A stretch of 63,877 nucleotides of DNA, counting the filler, from Lenisia limosa (lineage: Eukaryota; Protista; Breviatea), in NCBI GenBank assembly GCA_001655205.1. It is 8 parts of 8 records of this genome, joined end to end, with 100 filler letters (N's around TTAATTAATTAA, not from the genome) between each part and the next. Parts side by side here need not be neighbours in the genome. Positions count along the whole stretch, not along the records: positions 31,894 to 50,513 come from LPNZ01008927.1; positions 50,614 to 55,140 come from LPNZ01009457.1; positions 55,241 to 58,755 come from LPNZ01001550.1; 5 more parts are not named here. One strand, written 5' to 3'. The position numbers were made by a program, and so were the translations under genes. Of this stretch, positions 43,208 through 55,399 are shown piece by piece. Under the pieces are notes generated by a model. That model made no database searches. It saw only the letters and a program-made list of their open reading frames with translations, and was not told where the DNA came from. Within the stretch, counting starts at the first letter, position 1, and each line of letters starts with the position of its first letter.

Positions 43208-46200
43208 TTATATTCCACTCCCCATAACCTGCAATTCTAGCATACAAGATAAATCTAACCTAAAGTTCACCATTCCCCATAAAAGACTGTAAGGCCCTCT
43301 GCGGCTGCCTCGGCTGATGCACAGCGTCGTTGAAGTGCTGCTTGAAATACGAAAACAGCCTGTCAGGCGACTTGTGCAGCTTATCTCGATACCTGAGGGG
43401 TAAGTGCAGGGTATTGTGGAGAAATAAAATGCATTATCTTGTACTGGACAGCGTGTATAAGGAATAATAAATATGAATTCAAAAAATATGTTATCACAAC
43501 TCTTATTCAGATCAGTTTCCAAAGTATACCTGAAGCCGCCGGTCTCCACCACGATCAGTTCCTTTCTGGTCGACACGTTTGGCCTGTAAGAAAGGAGGAA
43601 CCTCGGGTAGGAGCAGTTTTCAGCCAGACACACTCGATATGCACACTACAGAATGAATTGGGGATGAGAGTACCAACATGTTTCGGGTACTGTCTCTTTG
43701 CGTTATCGAGTTCCTTCATGGTATCATCTTTTGTGCCATTGACGAAGTACTTGTGCGTCAACATCGTCTACAACATCAACGGGGAACTACAATGCGAACA
43801 GTCTGGCAGCACCATTACATCTAGGATGACCCCCCCCCCCCNNNNNNNNNNNNNNNNNNNNNNNNNNNNNNNNNNNNNNNNNNNNNNNNNNNNNNNNNNN
43901 NNNNNNNNNNNNNNNNNNNNNNAGTTGGCAAGCACATCGTCCAATGAGTGGAACTGTCGCCCTCCAACAAGCAGTGTCCGGCCCACTGTAACTTCCACTG
44001 ACTATAGTGTGAGACACTGCGTTGAAGTGTGTTAACAGTCGAGACGAATCTGCTTCCAAACCGGACACAAAACCCACCTTGTCCTCCTCCTTTACATCAA
44101 TATGGTGGTAGCGGTTGTCTGCCACCTTCCATGTGATCGTCAAATGATCCGCTCCCTGTAGAGTCAAATTCGTCCAAAGATCAGAATTATATTTTTTGCA
44201 ACTAGGGCTTCACTTCGGTTCGAAAAAAGACTGAATTTCTTGACAAATCCTCGAAAACTTCGAACCGAAGTGAAGCCCTAGTTGCAATATAAGCTCCAGC
44301 ATACCTCCTTGCTGGGCCGAATGATTGCCTCGCCTTGGGGCATTTCAGCAAGTCTCTCCTCGGCTTCATTGCCGCTGACGTTGAAGAACACGGGGTGGTC
44401 AATGTTCCGAGGTGCAATGCATTGCTGTCCAGATTCCGACTCATGCTTGCGTCCTACATAGTTAAAGCAGGATATAAAATAAAAAGTGTCGCGATATCCA
44501 AAAACAAAAGTTTGCTGTGACCTCTCTACATTTTATTAAAATTAGACGGTTTTTGGTCAGTATTAATCATAACTCTCTTAAGTTGTATTTGTACATGAAC
44601 TGAGCCAGGTTTCAATTTTACAACCACACCGCCTCCTACTGTAGTGGGCAATTAAGTCGCGCTCCTTACTCCACTCAAAGTATTCGTCACGCTGCATTGT
44701 CAGCAAATGTTCAGCAACAATCATGACAACCAACCTTGAAGCTGCTGAACCACGACTCCTCCTTCAGATCCTGGGCCCTTGTCGTCAAGGTCAATGACAG
44801 TTTCTCAACATCAACATCCTTAACCTGCATGGTGACAGCAGCTCAAGAGAGCAGAACCCACCCTAGCGTGCACCGTCATGCCCGAGTTGACGACGTCCTC
44901 CGCACTTTCCACGTGGTTGTCGCTCAGATCCGCAATCCGAATGAAGCCATGCAGACCGTTATCCAATCGGCAATGCACGCCTGGTGGTCAGTACTACTGG
45001 CATTTCAAATCCTAATACGGCTTCCCTACAGTCCAAAAAACTGGTTTTACATATCGATCTCTTAGAAAATCATAATACTGAAAAAAGCACCCTCTTGAGA
45101 GTCTCAAAATACTCAGCACACCGTTTTCTATGATTCTCGTCACAACGGCAGTGACCGGCGTGCCGGGACAGAAACTGCTGGCTGTCTCACCAACAAGCTC
45201 AGCAAAAACCTGCAACACGTCAACGATTATCAGATATCGGAGTGTCATGTCTGGAAATTCGACTATATTTTGTCTTTTTTCAAGGTAGCATTTATGATTA
45301 TGATAAGGTGCAGAAACTAACTTGGTCTTGTGCGGGGGCTGAGAACTTGGGCAGTTTTTCGGTGTTGGGAGCAAACGGATGCGTCAACTCCCTCTTGATT
45401 TGGGACATACGCTCGTGCACCTCTCCTTGGCCCTGTTCGCAAAGCATCTGGAGAGGGGGGTCAGTCAGCGGCGCGAGGGGGTACTTTTCTTAAAAGAGCA
45501 TCTTTCAACAAAATTGAGATATTCTACCCAACAACTGTTAAAGTCAATTCTCTGAAATTGGCCTTGCTTTCCAGTTGGGTGAACCCCTAGTGTTTACCTT
45601 GGCATAAGCCTCGAGATCCAAGTCCTCAAGAGGATCGGGGTTCTGAATGACCTTCATGGTGGCTTCGGCTGAGTCTTCGTTGTCCTCTGAAATGGTGAAA
45701 ATGAAGAAATATTAATGGGGGGGGAAGGATATTGTTAAGCACTATCAGCTTGTTCAGCAAGGCAGTTCAAAACCCCAGACAACTTATCCATAACCTTCCA
45801 CTCTTCTCTGAAGTGAGCCCAACAACACAAATGACAAAGACACGGCAATAGCCAAGTAGCCCACCTCCACCCAAGGCGTTGCGGCAAATGTTGATGGCGG
45901 TCTCATAGCTCTCGGGGTGGATTCGAGTCGTGTCCAACGGGTCTGCGTCTACAAGCATGTCCTCCAGGTGGTTGAAATAGCCAAAACTGGGGGGGGGGGG
46001 GNNNNNNNNNNNNNNNNNNNNNNNNNNNNNNNNNNNNNNNNNNNNNNNNNNNNNNNNNNNNNNNNNNNNNNNNNNNNNNNNNNNNNNNNNNNNNNNNNNN
46101 NNNNNNNNNNNNNNNNNNNNNNNNNNNNNNNNNNNNNNNNNNNNNNNNNNNNNNNNNNNNNNNNNNNNNNNNNNNNNNNNNNNNNNNNNNNNNNNNNNNN

Positions 46201-49200
46201 NNNNNNNNNNNNNNNNNNNNNNNNNNNNNNNNNNNNNNNNNNNNNNNNNNNNNNNNNNNNNNNNNNNNNNNNNNNATAGACTATTCGTTTTTGGGTGTCC
46301 TTGTAGATAAGGAAGACAGTATGCATCGTACTGAAGGAAGGCGGAGGCATTGATGAAGATGCATTTGCCCATGTATCCGGTGGACACGAAGTCTGTTCGG
46401 GCGTTGAGCTCGTTGGGATTTCGGAACATGCGATCAAGCAGAGAGTGGGCCAGACGGGGACCTATAATGTAAGTGCTTTGCATGATATTGATTTTCTTGG
46501 AATACAAAAAAGGGGTGCATAAACATAATCCACAGGACTCACCAAGGCCTGGGACGAACTGCAGATGGTTTGAGAAGTGGCGATGTGCGGCCGCCTCCAA
46601 CACATCGACTCCGGAGTAGGCCACTACCTGCCGCATCATCTGTGTGTACGACTTGAGCAGCATGGACTTGGGTACGTCTCCTTGGAGGGGATGGAGCCGT
46701 ACGGAGCAAATCGTGTTGGCCGTATCAAACAAAGACGCAGTGCTGGCAACCGGGCTCTACATCCATTATCCAATTTTCATTATCCGATTGCTGTACATCC
46801 ATCATATTTGGTATTATCAAATGCATATCACATACCCCCNNNNNNNNNNNNNNNNNNNNNNNNNNNNNNNNNNNNNNNNNNNNNNNNNNNNNNNNNNNNN
46901 NNNNNNNNNNNNNNNNNNNNNNNNNNNNNNNNNNNNNNNNNNNNNNNNNNNNNNNNNNNNNNNNGAACTCGGCCTCACCCGGTCCGGCTGCCCACGGAGT
47001 TGCCAACGTCAGGGGGGCGTAGAACAGTGACATTGACATGTCATTTTCATCCATATTGGCCTAGGGGGTCAAGGCTTGGCGTTCCTACCATGACGTTCTG
47101 CATTGTTGCTGTGATGTCTTGGAAGAGATGCCGTGTTTTCACGTCGGATTCGGCCACAAGAACAGTCTGTAAGATGAGATAAGATCTGTTCCAAAGCCCT
47201 GTATTTCTATGAGACTGAATTAGAGCCCTACCAAAGTCCCAAAGTCCCATAGAACACCCCCCTAAAGCCCACACCCACCCCGGGTTTGTTTTCGATGAGG
47301 AATTGGCTGAGTTTCTCATGGGCTGCGGCCTTCTTCTCGTTAGTCTGGACGGAGCCGAAGCCGCCAAGGTCGCCAAGTTGGAGGTGGTTCACGACCAGAC
47401 CGGACTCGTCCACAACAACCACCTGGGGGGGGGGGGTCAGCCNNNNNNNNNNNNNNNNNNNNNNNNNNNNNNNNNNNNNNNNNNNNNNNNNNNNNNNNNN
47501 NNNNNNNNNNNNNNNNNNNNNNNNNNNNNNNNNNNNNNNNNNNAAAAAATATGTTTTCTTGCAGTTACAAACGCTCAGAATACAATCCAAGGCCTGTCAT
47601 ACTTGGGTCGGGTTTTTCATGGTATAAGACGGCATAATAGCGCACACGCTGTACTTGTCACCGTATGACACTTTACCCTCAAGGTCATAGGGGGTGACGG
47701 CTGCCAACTGGTGCAGCTGGATGGTGAGTATTTTGGGCACGTGACCAACCCGTTGCGTGCATTCTTGCGCCACGTATTTGACTGCCTTGCCTCGCAGGTC
47801 CTCGCGTGTCTGGAGGGGGGTGGGGGTGAGGAATGATAATTTATGTGACGATGAAAAGGAGGGGAACACAATGAATGGATGCAGTCAAAGGTTAAAGTGA
47901 GTCACAGCAAACCTCTCGCTCAAACATCGGCAACAAGTGGGTGTAAAGGGCGTATTTGATCGCGTTTTTGCGAACTGTGTCCCACTAAACATGAGACATG
48001 AACAGAAAGGCCTACATCGGAGAAGCCAGGGGCACTGTTGTTCTCGAACCACTTTTCAACTGTTTGTACGTGGCCCTCCTCCAGCTAAACAGTGAGATGC
48101 AACTCGAGGGGGGTGAGGGTATAGAGAGGAGCCAACTCGGAAGGAGACGGTGATCATTTGTTGGCTCTCAGCCTTGGCCAAAAGGAGGTAGAGTTCTTCA
48201 GAGAACGTAGATAAGGGCTTCTTGACCAACCACTTGACTGCGCCGAATGGATGGGTCGCTGTCATGGTGGGCTGAAGAGATCAAATCAAAATGTCCCTAC
48301 TGCGCCCTTGTTGGTCGGAATCGTCGTGATGGTTGCGTGCATTTTATAGAGGTCACGTGCTGCTGCTCGGAACTGCAATGTTAGATTCGTTGGCCTTGTG
48401 CCTCTCTCACCAGAGGTTGATAAGATAGAATTCGGCCGAAGACGGAAGTTGCCTTTTTGAGGCAAATGCTCTTGGCTACAGACTCAACCTTCTCGTCCTC
48501 CTTCACTAACTCAATAACCTGGGGAGTCAGTTCCGCTTGTTGTCAGCTGAAGCCTCACCAATTCGGGATCATCTTCACATTCTTTCGGAGTCTCCATTTG
48601 GAACCCGTTGCCGATGTTGACGGCAATATCGGCAGCGGAAAGGCCGATGCGCTACGTGTGTTAACCAGGGTTGGGGCTTCAGTGATGAAGTCATGTATAT
48701 TATCATATATAACTAGCTACTATACCAGACGCAAACCTTCATATATCATTGGCCCCAAACCAAATAATAAATACTCCTTCGTATACTATGACAAATTGCC
48801 TTTTCTCGTAAATAAACCAATAGCACATTAAGCAGCCCTATCAGATACTCTAATAACAATGACCACTTACGTGGATGAAGTCATGGTAGATCGAAATATC
48901 GCGTGCAAGGGCAAGTCGAGTGGGGTTGCTGTTCGGCTGCAACGGTCATGGATGAGTTCAGAACCAACCTCATCCTTAATTTCACTGAAACAATCTGAGG
49001 CCATTGCAAGCGCCTTCGGGTTGTCCTTGGACCCGAGAAGAACCTAAACAGTCAGAACATTGCAGCTGATTCCTTTGCTTTCCGATCTTTTAACCACAAT
49101 CCCACCTTGACGAAATCATTGATGTCATTGAGGGCATCAGCACTTCGCACGTCTCGAATGTGCGAGGCAAAGGACAGCATCTCTGCATCTCTGCAACGTC

Positions 49201-50363
49201 AGCTCCCTCATGCGGCACTTACGTGTTGTCAAAAGCCGGGTTGTCGTCATTGAACTTCTCGAGGTACGACTCCCTCTTGGCGAAGATTGAAGCCCATTGT
49301 TCGTCAAGCTCAACAATTTCGAAGATGTGGTGCTCTGACAAGATATTGACGTATTCATCCTTGCGATACACCATAATACGACCAGCGTCCTCCTATGGGG
49401 TTAATGACAGACAGAGGGAAACAAACGTGGTCCTTCAGATGCCTGCTGAGCACTCCCGAAATGCAGTCGACGGTTTTGGTCTCAGATGCTTGGTCATTTC
49501 CCTATTGCGTCACCAACAGCAGGAGGGGGGGGGGGTAATAACACCAATACGAGAAAGAAGGGTGAGGGATCCCAATGCCATCCAGATTGAGCAAGGGGCC
49601 TACGTTGGGGAAGATCTGGCCATAGATCCACTCAGCCTCCTCATCAACAAACTCAGGCTCCATGCTCTTAGGATGCCGTGGCACCTTGAGACGGCTGATC
49701 TGTTGCCACTCAGGCAGGTCAGTAAGCCTGATCTGGTCGTCTTTGGCAGTCATGAAGTTCTCCTTCAACGACCTGTAGTGTTAGTACCATATTTAGGCAG
49801 CTAACTGTTCATCGAAGAACGAGGCTTTGCTGACGGCTGGCTCATCCTCTGACTCCTCCCCGCTCTCAATCTAAAATATCAGCCCTGATTACTTTTTCGC
49901 GAATATATATGTAGTATATGTATATGCTATATGTAGAGAAGTATCTGGTAACAATAAAATCTGACAGTCATATAATTTACGAAGAGACTAAGGGTAATGT
50001 TTAGATTTGTGCACAAACGAGAAAAATGGATTCCCAAGCCTACGTCACTGAGTTCAGCAAAAAGAGCCCCAGAGTCAGCAAAAAGAGACCGGTAGCGATG
50101 CCTGTCGTCTCCACCAGCAGACTGGCGAATGGCGTTCTGGGGAGTGAGGGGTTTTTTGCAGTAAAGTCTCTATTGAAACTTGGATCATAGAGATCCGGCG
50201 GTGAGCGGCACCCACGTTGTCCTTGTCGACGATGAAGCCGTCCATGTCATCTTCGTCCTCGTCCTTGTCAATGTAGTCCATGATGTCACGCGGGCCGTCG
50301 GCTGCCGGAAGAGCCGCAACCGGTGATGGGGTCCGTTCGTGTGTCGACAGGGGGGTCATGGAC
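43208..50363 (-). CDS. SPT6: Transcription elongation factor SPT6, multi-exon; acidic N-terminus truncated at the contig end
   Basis: EDEDDMDGFIVD, MEPEFVDEEAEWIY, YqgF-like VVVVDESG, FVPGLGPRLAHSLL (HhH), LDTTRIHPESYETAINICRNAL, S1 region and tandem SH2 (GADHLTITWKVADNRYHHIDVKE; KFLLSYRP..ELIVVETGGFRYR). TAA at 43208-43210. Confidence 0.93.
44202..44281. mobile_element. MITE family A copy (SPT6 intron)
   Basis: Perfect 26-bp TIR CTAGGGCTTCACTTCGGTTCGAAAA/TTCGAACCGAAGTGAAGCCCTAG, flanked by ttgcaa on both sides. Confidence 0.9.
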
Positions 50364-50613
50364 CTGGGGGAGTAAAATTGGAAAATGTATGAAACAAAAA
50401 GCCCAAATCAACTTTGTTCGCTGATAACACACGAGGATTGATATCAACAAAACAAACAAAGCCCAGTCCAGTCGCTTCTGCAGCTGCATCCCATCACTCC
50501 AGGGGGGGGGGGGNNNNNNNNNNNNNNNNNNNNNNNNNNNNNNNNNNNNNNNNNNNNTTAATTAATTAANNNNNNNNNNNNNNNNNNNNNNNNNNNNNNN
50601 NNNNNNNNNNNNN

Positions 50614-53583
50614 GTTTTGAGCTCTTTTTGGAAGTTCCAGCCGAATCCATGGCTCGGAAACTCAACAGGATTGTCAATGATTGCTGAAAGGTGAATTGTT
50701 TTTAAGAGAAATAATATAGTACATTAGAAATCTAGGGTGAGGGGGCCGGAAGGTGAGAAGGCGGAGTTGAAAGGTAGCAGTGAAATATTTCATTGCCACA
50801 ATTTTTCCAAATATCACAACCCCGCATGTAATAGATAATTGTATATCCCCTCTCCCCCCCACTATTCATAGACACAATTTTGCCTCGCACGTAGGCGGCC
50901 GTTTTGTCATCGTCATCATCTCCGACAACTGAAAAAAGTAAAAAAAAAAAAGGGGGGGGGGGGNNNNNNNNNNNNNNNNNNNNNNNNNNNNNNNNNNNNN
51001 NNNNNNNNNNNNNNNNNNNNNNNNNNNNNNNNNNNNNNNNNNNNNNNNNNAACGATGAAGAAGGGCTTTTGGTGCAAATCAGTGGTTTTGGACTAGTAGT
51101 TAACCTCCCGGAGGATCCAATCTTTATCCAGATACATACAAACATGCCATGGATATCAAAGCCTTGTCATAAATATGGAACCCAAATCAACACCTCAGGC
51201 AACCAACATCCCAGAGAATCCTGTCTATTCCAGATAATTCATGGAAATTTCAAATATTCTGAGTCAAAGTGACAGAAACAAAGTTACACCTCTTACCCCC
51301 CTTTAAAGAAGAACGTACTATCGCTTCCACAATCAAAGATACCGGGTTATAAGGCAAATAATTGGGTGAATTAATATTGTACTATGATCCAATATCTCTT
51401 ATACGCGTGATGGTGTGGACGGCTTTGGGGGAACATTGTTTTTTTGTCATTGCATATCATGTATATACCCCCAGGCATACCAACATCCCAGAGTAGCCTT
51501 TCCTGCTTCTTGATTTCCTCTGCTTCTTTAGCTAGCTCTTCAAGTCCTTGTTCACGAAGTTCCTTGGGGGTGGGGATAGAAGACTATAATAGTAAATTGG
51601 AAATTTATTNNNNNNNNNNNNNNNNNNNNNNNNNNNNNNNNNNNNNNNNNNNNNNNNNNNNNNNNNNNNNNNNNNNNNNNNNNNNNNNNNNNNNNNNNNN
51701 NNNNNNNNNNNNNNNNNNNNNNNNNNNNNNNNNNNNNNNNNNNNNNNNNNNNNNNNNNNNNNNNNNNNNNNNNNNNNNCTACTTTAAAAAAGCTTCTCAA
51801 AAATTGAAAATATTGAAAACTTGTCCATCCAGCCAACCTCAGCTATGGAATCAGGGCTAAAGCTCTTCCACTGTGACGGGTGGGAAATGGCCAAGATCAC
51901 GCGATCACCATGGATTGCGCGGTTGCGCTGCGTGTATCCCTCTAGTTAATTAGATAAGAATATCCTTAAAAAGAACAGTACAACTCGATATTTATTGAAG
52001 ATTATCGAAAAATATCATCATTTTTTGGGAACGTAGGGGAGCCCTAAATATCACATATCATATGGATTGCACACCCTCTGGTTTAATATAAGATATGACA
52101 ATATGGTGGAAAATTGATCACTTGATGGTGACCCTTCCCCAGAAGTTCAGCCACAAAAAAAGCACATAGTTTTGTGGCTACTCTGATTTCACAGCGCGGT
52201 TCGTTGCGTGTATCCCTCTAGTTGAAGATATGAATATCATCATATATCATATATGGCTTCCTTTCGGTCTGAGAAAGCCTGGTAAATATCGATATTTATC
52301 GATATTTATCGATAAATTCGGTCAAGTAGGGAAGCCCTAAATATCAATCCTCCAGTTTATAAGATAGGAAATTCATATATATACCATATGATATAGCTAT
52401 ATGTAAATATTCTATACGGCTTCACTTTGGTCCGAAAAATTACGGTAAGTATTAGAGGGTTTATCGCGAAATTCAGTCTTTTTTAGGATTACATATGATA
52501 ATGAGTTCCGCTTGACGGCTTCGGCCAGATNNNNNNNNNNNNNNNNNNNNNNNNNNNNNNNNNNNNNNNNNNNNNNNNNNNNNNNNNNNNNNNNNNNNNN
52601 NNNNNNNNNNNNNNNNNNNNNCAACCAATACGAATATAATAAACCAGTGGGGCTTCACATCGGTTCGAAAAATACCGGCAAAATATCAATAGTTTTCGAG
52701 GATTTATCGAGACTTTTTTGAACCGAAGTGAAGCTCTACCAGTGGGATATCCACACCATACCTAGGGCTTTAATCCAATCCAGGATATGACTGAATCTCT
52801 AAGTAAATCATCGATATACAGTGACCAGGATGGAAATCACAGAGTAAATCTGTCAAGACTTTTCCCGGTCACTGTATATACGAGAGTTTACCCCTATAGA
52901 AATCATATGAATAACTACCAAAACAAACACCAAAATCATATCATTTACACCCCCCCCCCCTGTATAATATATATAATATATATCATATATCATATAGCTA
53001 TATTATATATATATAAATATATATACACCCAACCATTTGTCTAACAAATTTGTACACACAGCATTCTGCGTGCCTCCCCAGCAAACCAAGAGCAACAGCA
53101 TTCCAACACCCCCTTACCAATAACAACATCATTTGCAAGGCCCTTAACTTGGACAAAAGCTTGACTGTGGTTCATGGAGTTTACTCTGATGATACCGGAA
53201 TAGAGATTCCCGGCCTGGGCGGGGTGAAATTGGAAAATTTGGGTGTGATGAAGAATGTTGGTGAAAAAAGATCAAAATCAAGCAATAACAACGAAGAAAA
53301 AATTCGATGAAAAATATTATCTACCTATTTTTCGAATTCTTCATAGTCAAAAAGAATCTCTTTAAAGACTATCTATATAGTATATGATATATGATATTCG
53401 GCAGCATAGCCTCTATTAAGAAATGAACTTGGAAAGGCCTTACAAGGCAATAGATCAACAAATTCCACCAACCGCCACTCCTTGCATCTGCTCCTCCTTA
53501 GCAATGTAAGGTGGGAACGGGGCTCTCATTTGCCAATTATTTTGCCGATTATGTTGACGATTATAATTGTTATTACCTGACAT
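50614..53583 (-). CDS. DIS3L2: DIS3L2-like 3'-5' exoribonuclease, N-terminal (cold-shock domain) part; RNB domain lost beyond the contig end
   Basis: MSGNNNYNRQ..FPPYIAKEEQMQGVA|AGNLYSGIIRVNSMNHSQAFVQVKGLANDVVI|EGYTQRNRAIHGDRVILAISHPSQWK..YVRGKIVSM matches CSD1/CSD2 of the Dis3 family. No PIN domain precedes CSD1, which favours DIS3L2 over Rrp44/DIS3. Confidence 0.8.
52415..52738. mobile_element. Two MITE family A copies (partial 52415-52484; full 52649-52738) in a DIS3L2 intron; degenerate copies also at ~51975-52048 and ~52254-52340
   Basis: ggcttcactttggtccgaaaa..; ggggcttcacatcggttcgaaaa...ttgaaccgaagtgaagctcta; direct repeat ccagtggg at 52644-52651 and 52739-52746. Confidence 0.8.
52819..52874. 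mobile_element. MITE family B (Tc1-derived, 56 bp)
   Basis: TA|CAGTGACCAGGA...TCCCGGTCACTG|TA; the TIR matches the 36499-37293 element. Confidence 0.8.
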
Positions 53584-54079
53584 AGTTAACGATACGTGGT
53601 GAGATAAGTGGATAACTGTAAAAGAAGAAAGAAGAAAGAAACAGCTCTTAAAAACCAAAAATCTTCAATTTTGTTGTTAAATAGAAGGGGGGCTTAGGGC
53701 GGGGGGCAACAAACCTCGCTGCTGACTCATGGTGTAAGACTGTGTTCCCGACTTTATTGGTTAAACTAGTAGTATAAGTAGTATATAATTTCTTTGCTGA
53801 ATAAAATAACAAGAGAGAGAGGAGAGAGAGTGAAGGAAGAGCAGGGAACAATATGAAGAGATTGTTCGAGTACAAACAGCGCGCAACGCCAAAACGCGCC
53901 AATATATTAAAAAAAAAACAAAAAAAAAATTGGAGAAAGATACTTGAAAGATATAGGTACAGGATAGGTAATAAAATTGTATTAGAGGGAGGAATTTAAA
54001 GAGACAGTTTATTTATTGGTTTCCTTTCGGCTCTCATTTTGAATTCCTGTCTGTGCTGAATATCAGAAATTAGGCCAAT

Positions 54080-55078
54080 ATGACGGAACCCGCTCCTGGG
54101 ACGTCTGTAAGGGTTCTCTATGACTACACTCCTACCGATCCCGCCACGCAAATCGAGCTGAGGCAAGGTATATGGCCTTGATATTGTATATTTTCGCAAA
54201 ATTGAAGGTGATTTAACGGTTTCAGGTGAAGTCCTTCAAATTATTTCGACTGCTGGCGGCTGGTGGGCTGCAGCTTCAGGAGAAAAGACTGGGTACTTCC
54301 CAGCAACATGTAAGCAAGGCATTGTTAGGGAAACGAAGCCTTCCCTTATCACTCTTCTTTTTTACTTGTTAGACGTCGAAGTCATTGAGGTCTCGCCTCC
54401 CGCTCCTGAACCAGTGGAAGTTTCTCCGGATCAACAAAGCAATGAATCAAAGCCGCCAGGTAAAGCGACGGCTTCCCTTTTCTCTAATCATCCTAGGAGG
54501 ATCTTCCCTTCTAGACGAGGAATATTATGGGGATGACAATGAAACAACTCCTGCCCCCACGCCAACACCCACAGCTGAAACTCCGGTTATTGCAACCCCC
54601 GTTGCTGCCAAGGAGGAGTTCAAGCAAGAATTCATCAAGATCGACTTTCTCATGTACGGGGGGTTGTTCCGCAGTACTAATCATTTCTGTCTACATGTCC
54701 GATTGTGCCTACTTCTTCACGTTCATCAATCCATCTACGACCAGAGTTTACGTTTTGGTTAAAACCAAGAGGCTTTTCCGTCTTTTCCCATTTCCCATCT
54801 GTCTATTTCTAAATCATTTTTTCCTCTGTTACATCTCTTCTTTACCTCCCCTCTCAGTAAACACAGTTCTTACAGGAGGAATCTTCACCTTCAAACCATC
54901 ACAATTGATGTTTTCTTCCTTCAATCAGCTCCCCTTTCTCCCTCCTCCCCTCCGATTCAATTAGTCTCTTCAAGTCCTCTTATTCGATCCCTCTTCTCAC
55001 CCTTCCCCAGGAGGAGCTTTGTCAGTTTTGTTGTTTTTATTGAGTGTTTTCGAAATACTAGCCAACAGAGTTGATTCT
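54080..55078 (+). CDS. N-terminal SH3-domain protein with Pro/Thr/acidic linker; 3' end uncertain
   Basis: MTEPAPGTSVRVLYDYTPTDPATQIELRQ|GEVLQIISTAGGWWAAASGEKTGYFPAT|YVEVI is a canonical SH3 (LYDY, WW, GxFPxxYV). Confidence 0.88.
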
Positions 55079-55399
55079 GGGTTTGTTTTTCTTTCCTTAA
55101 TTCCAACCGCCCCCAGTCGATTTTCTGAATTTTTATTGTTNNNNNNNNNNNNNNNNNNNNNNNNNNNNNNNNNNNNNNNNNNNNTTAATTAATTAANNNN
55201 NNNNNNNNNNNNNNNNNNNNNNNNNNNNNNNNNNNNNNNNCACACCTGATGGTAGTTCACACCATTGATTGATTAAAAGGGCGTATTACGAGTCATTTTT
55301 GACTATTTTAGGTTGGAGTTCTCGTGAATAGTTTTTCTCTTATTTTAGTTTAGAAATTCATTGTTTACTCTATTTCCATCGTTTCGAGACGAAAAGTAC

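Noticed and set aside
50364-50700. Apparent DIS3L2-SPT6 fusion or read-through on the minus strand
   Set aside because: The two genes are separated by an artificial spacer, and both the DIS3L2 RNB domain and the SPT6 N-terminus are missing, so the pieces are not contiguous.
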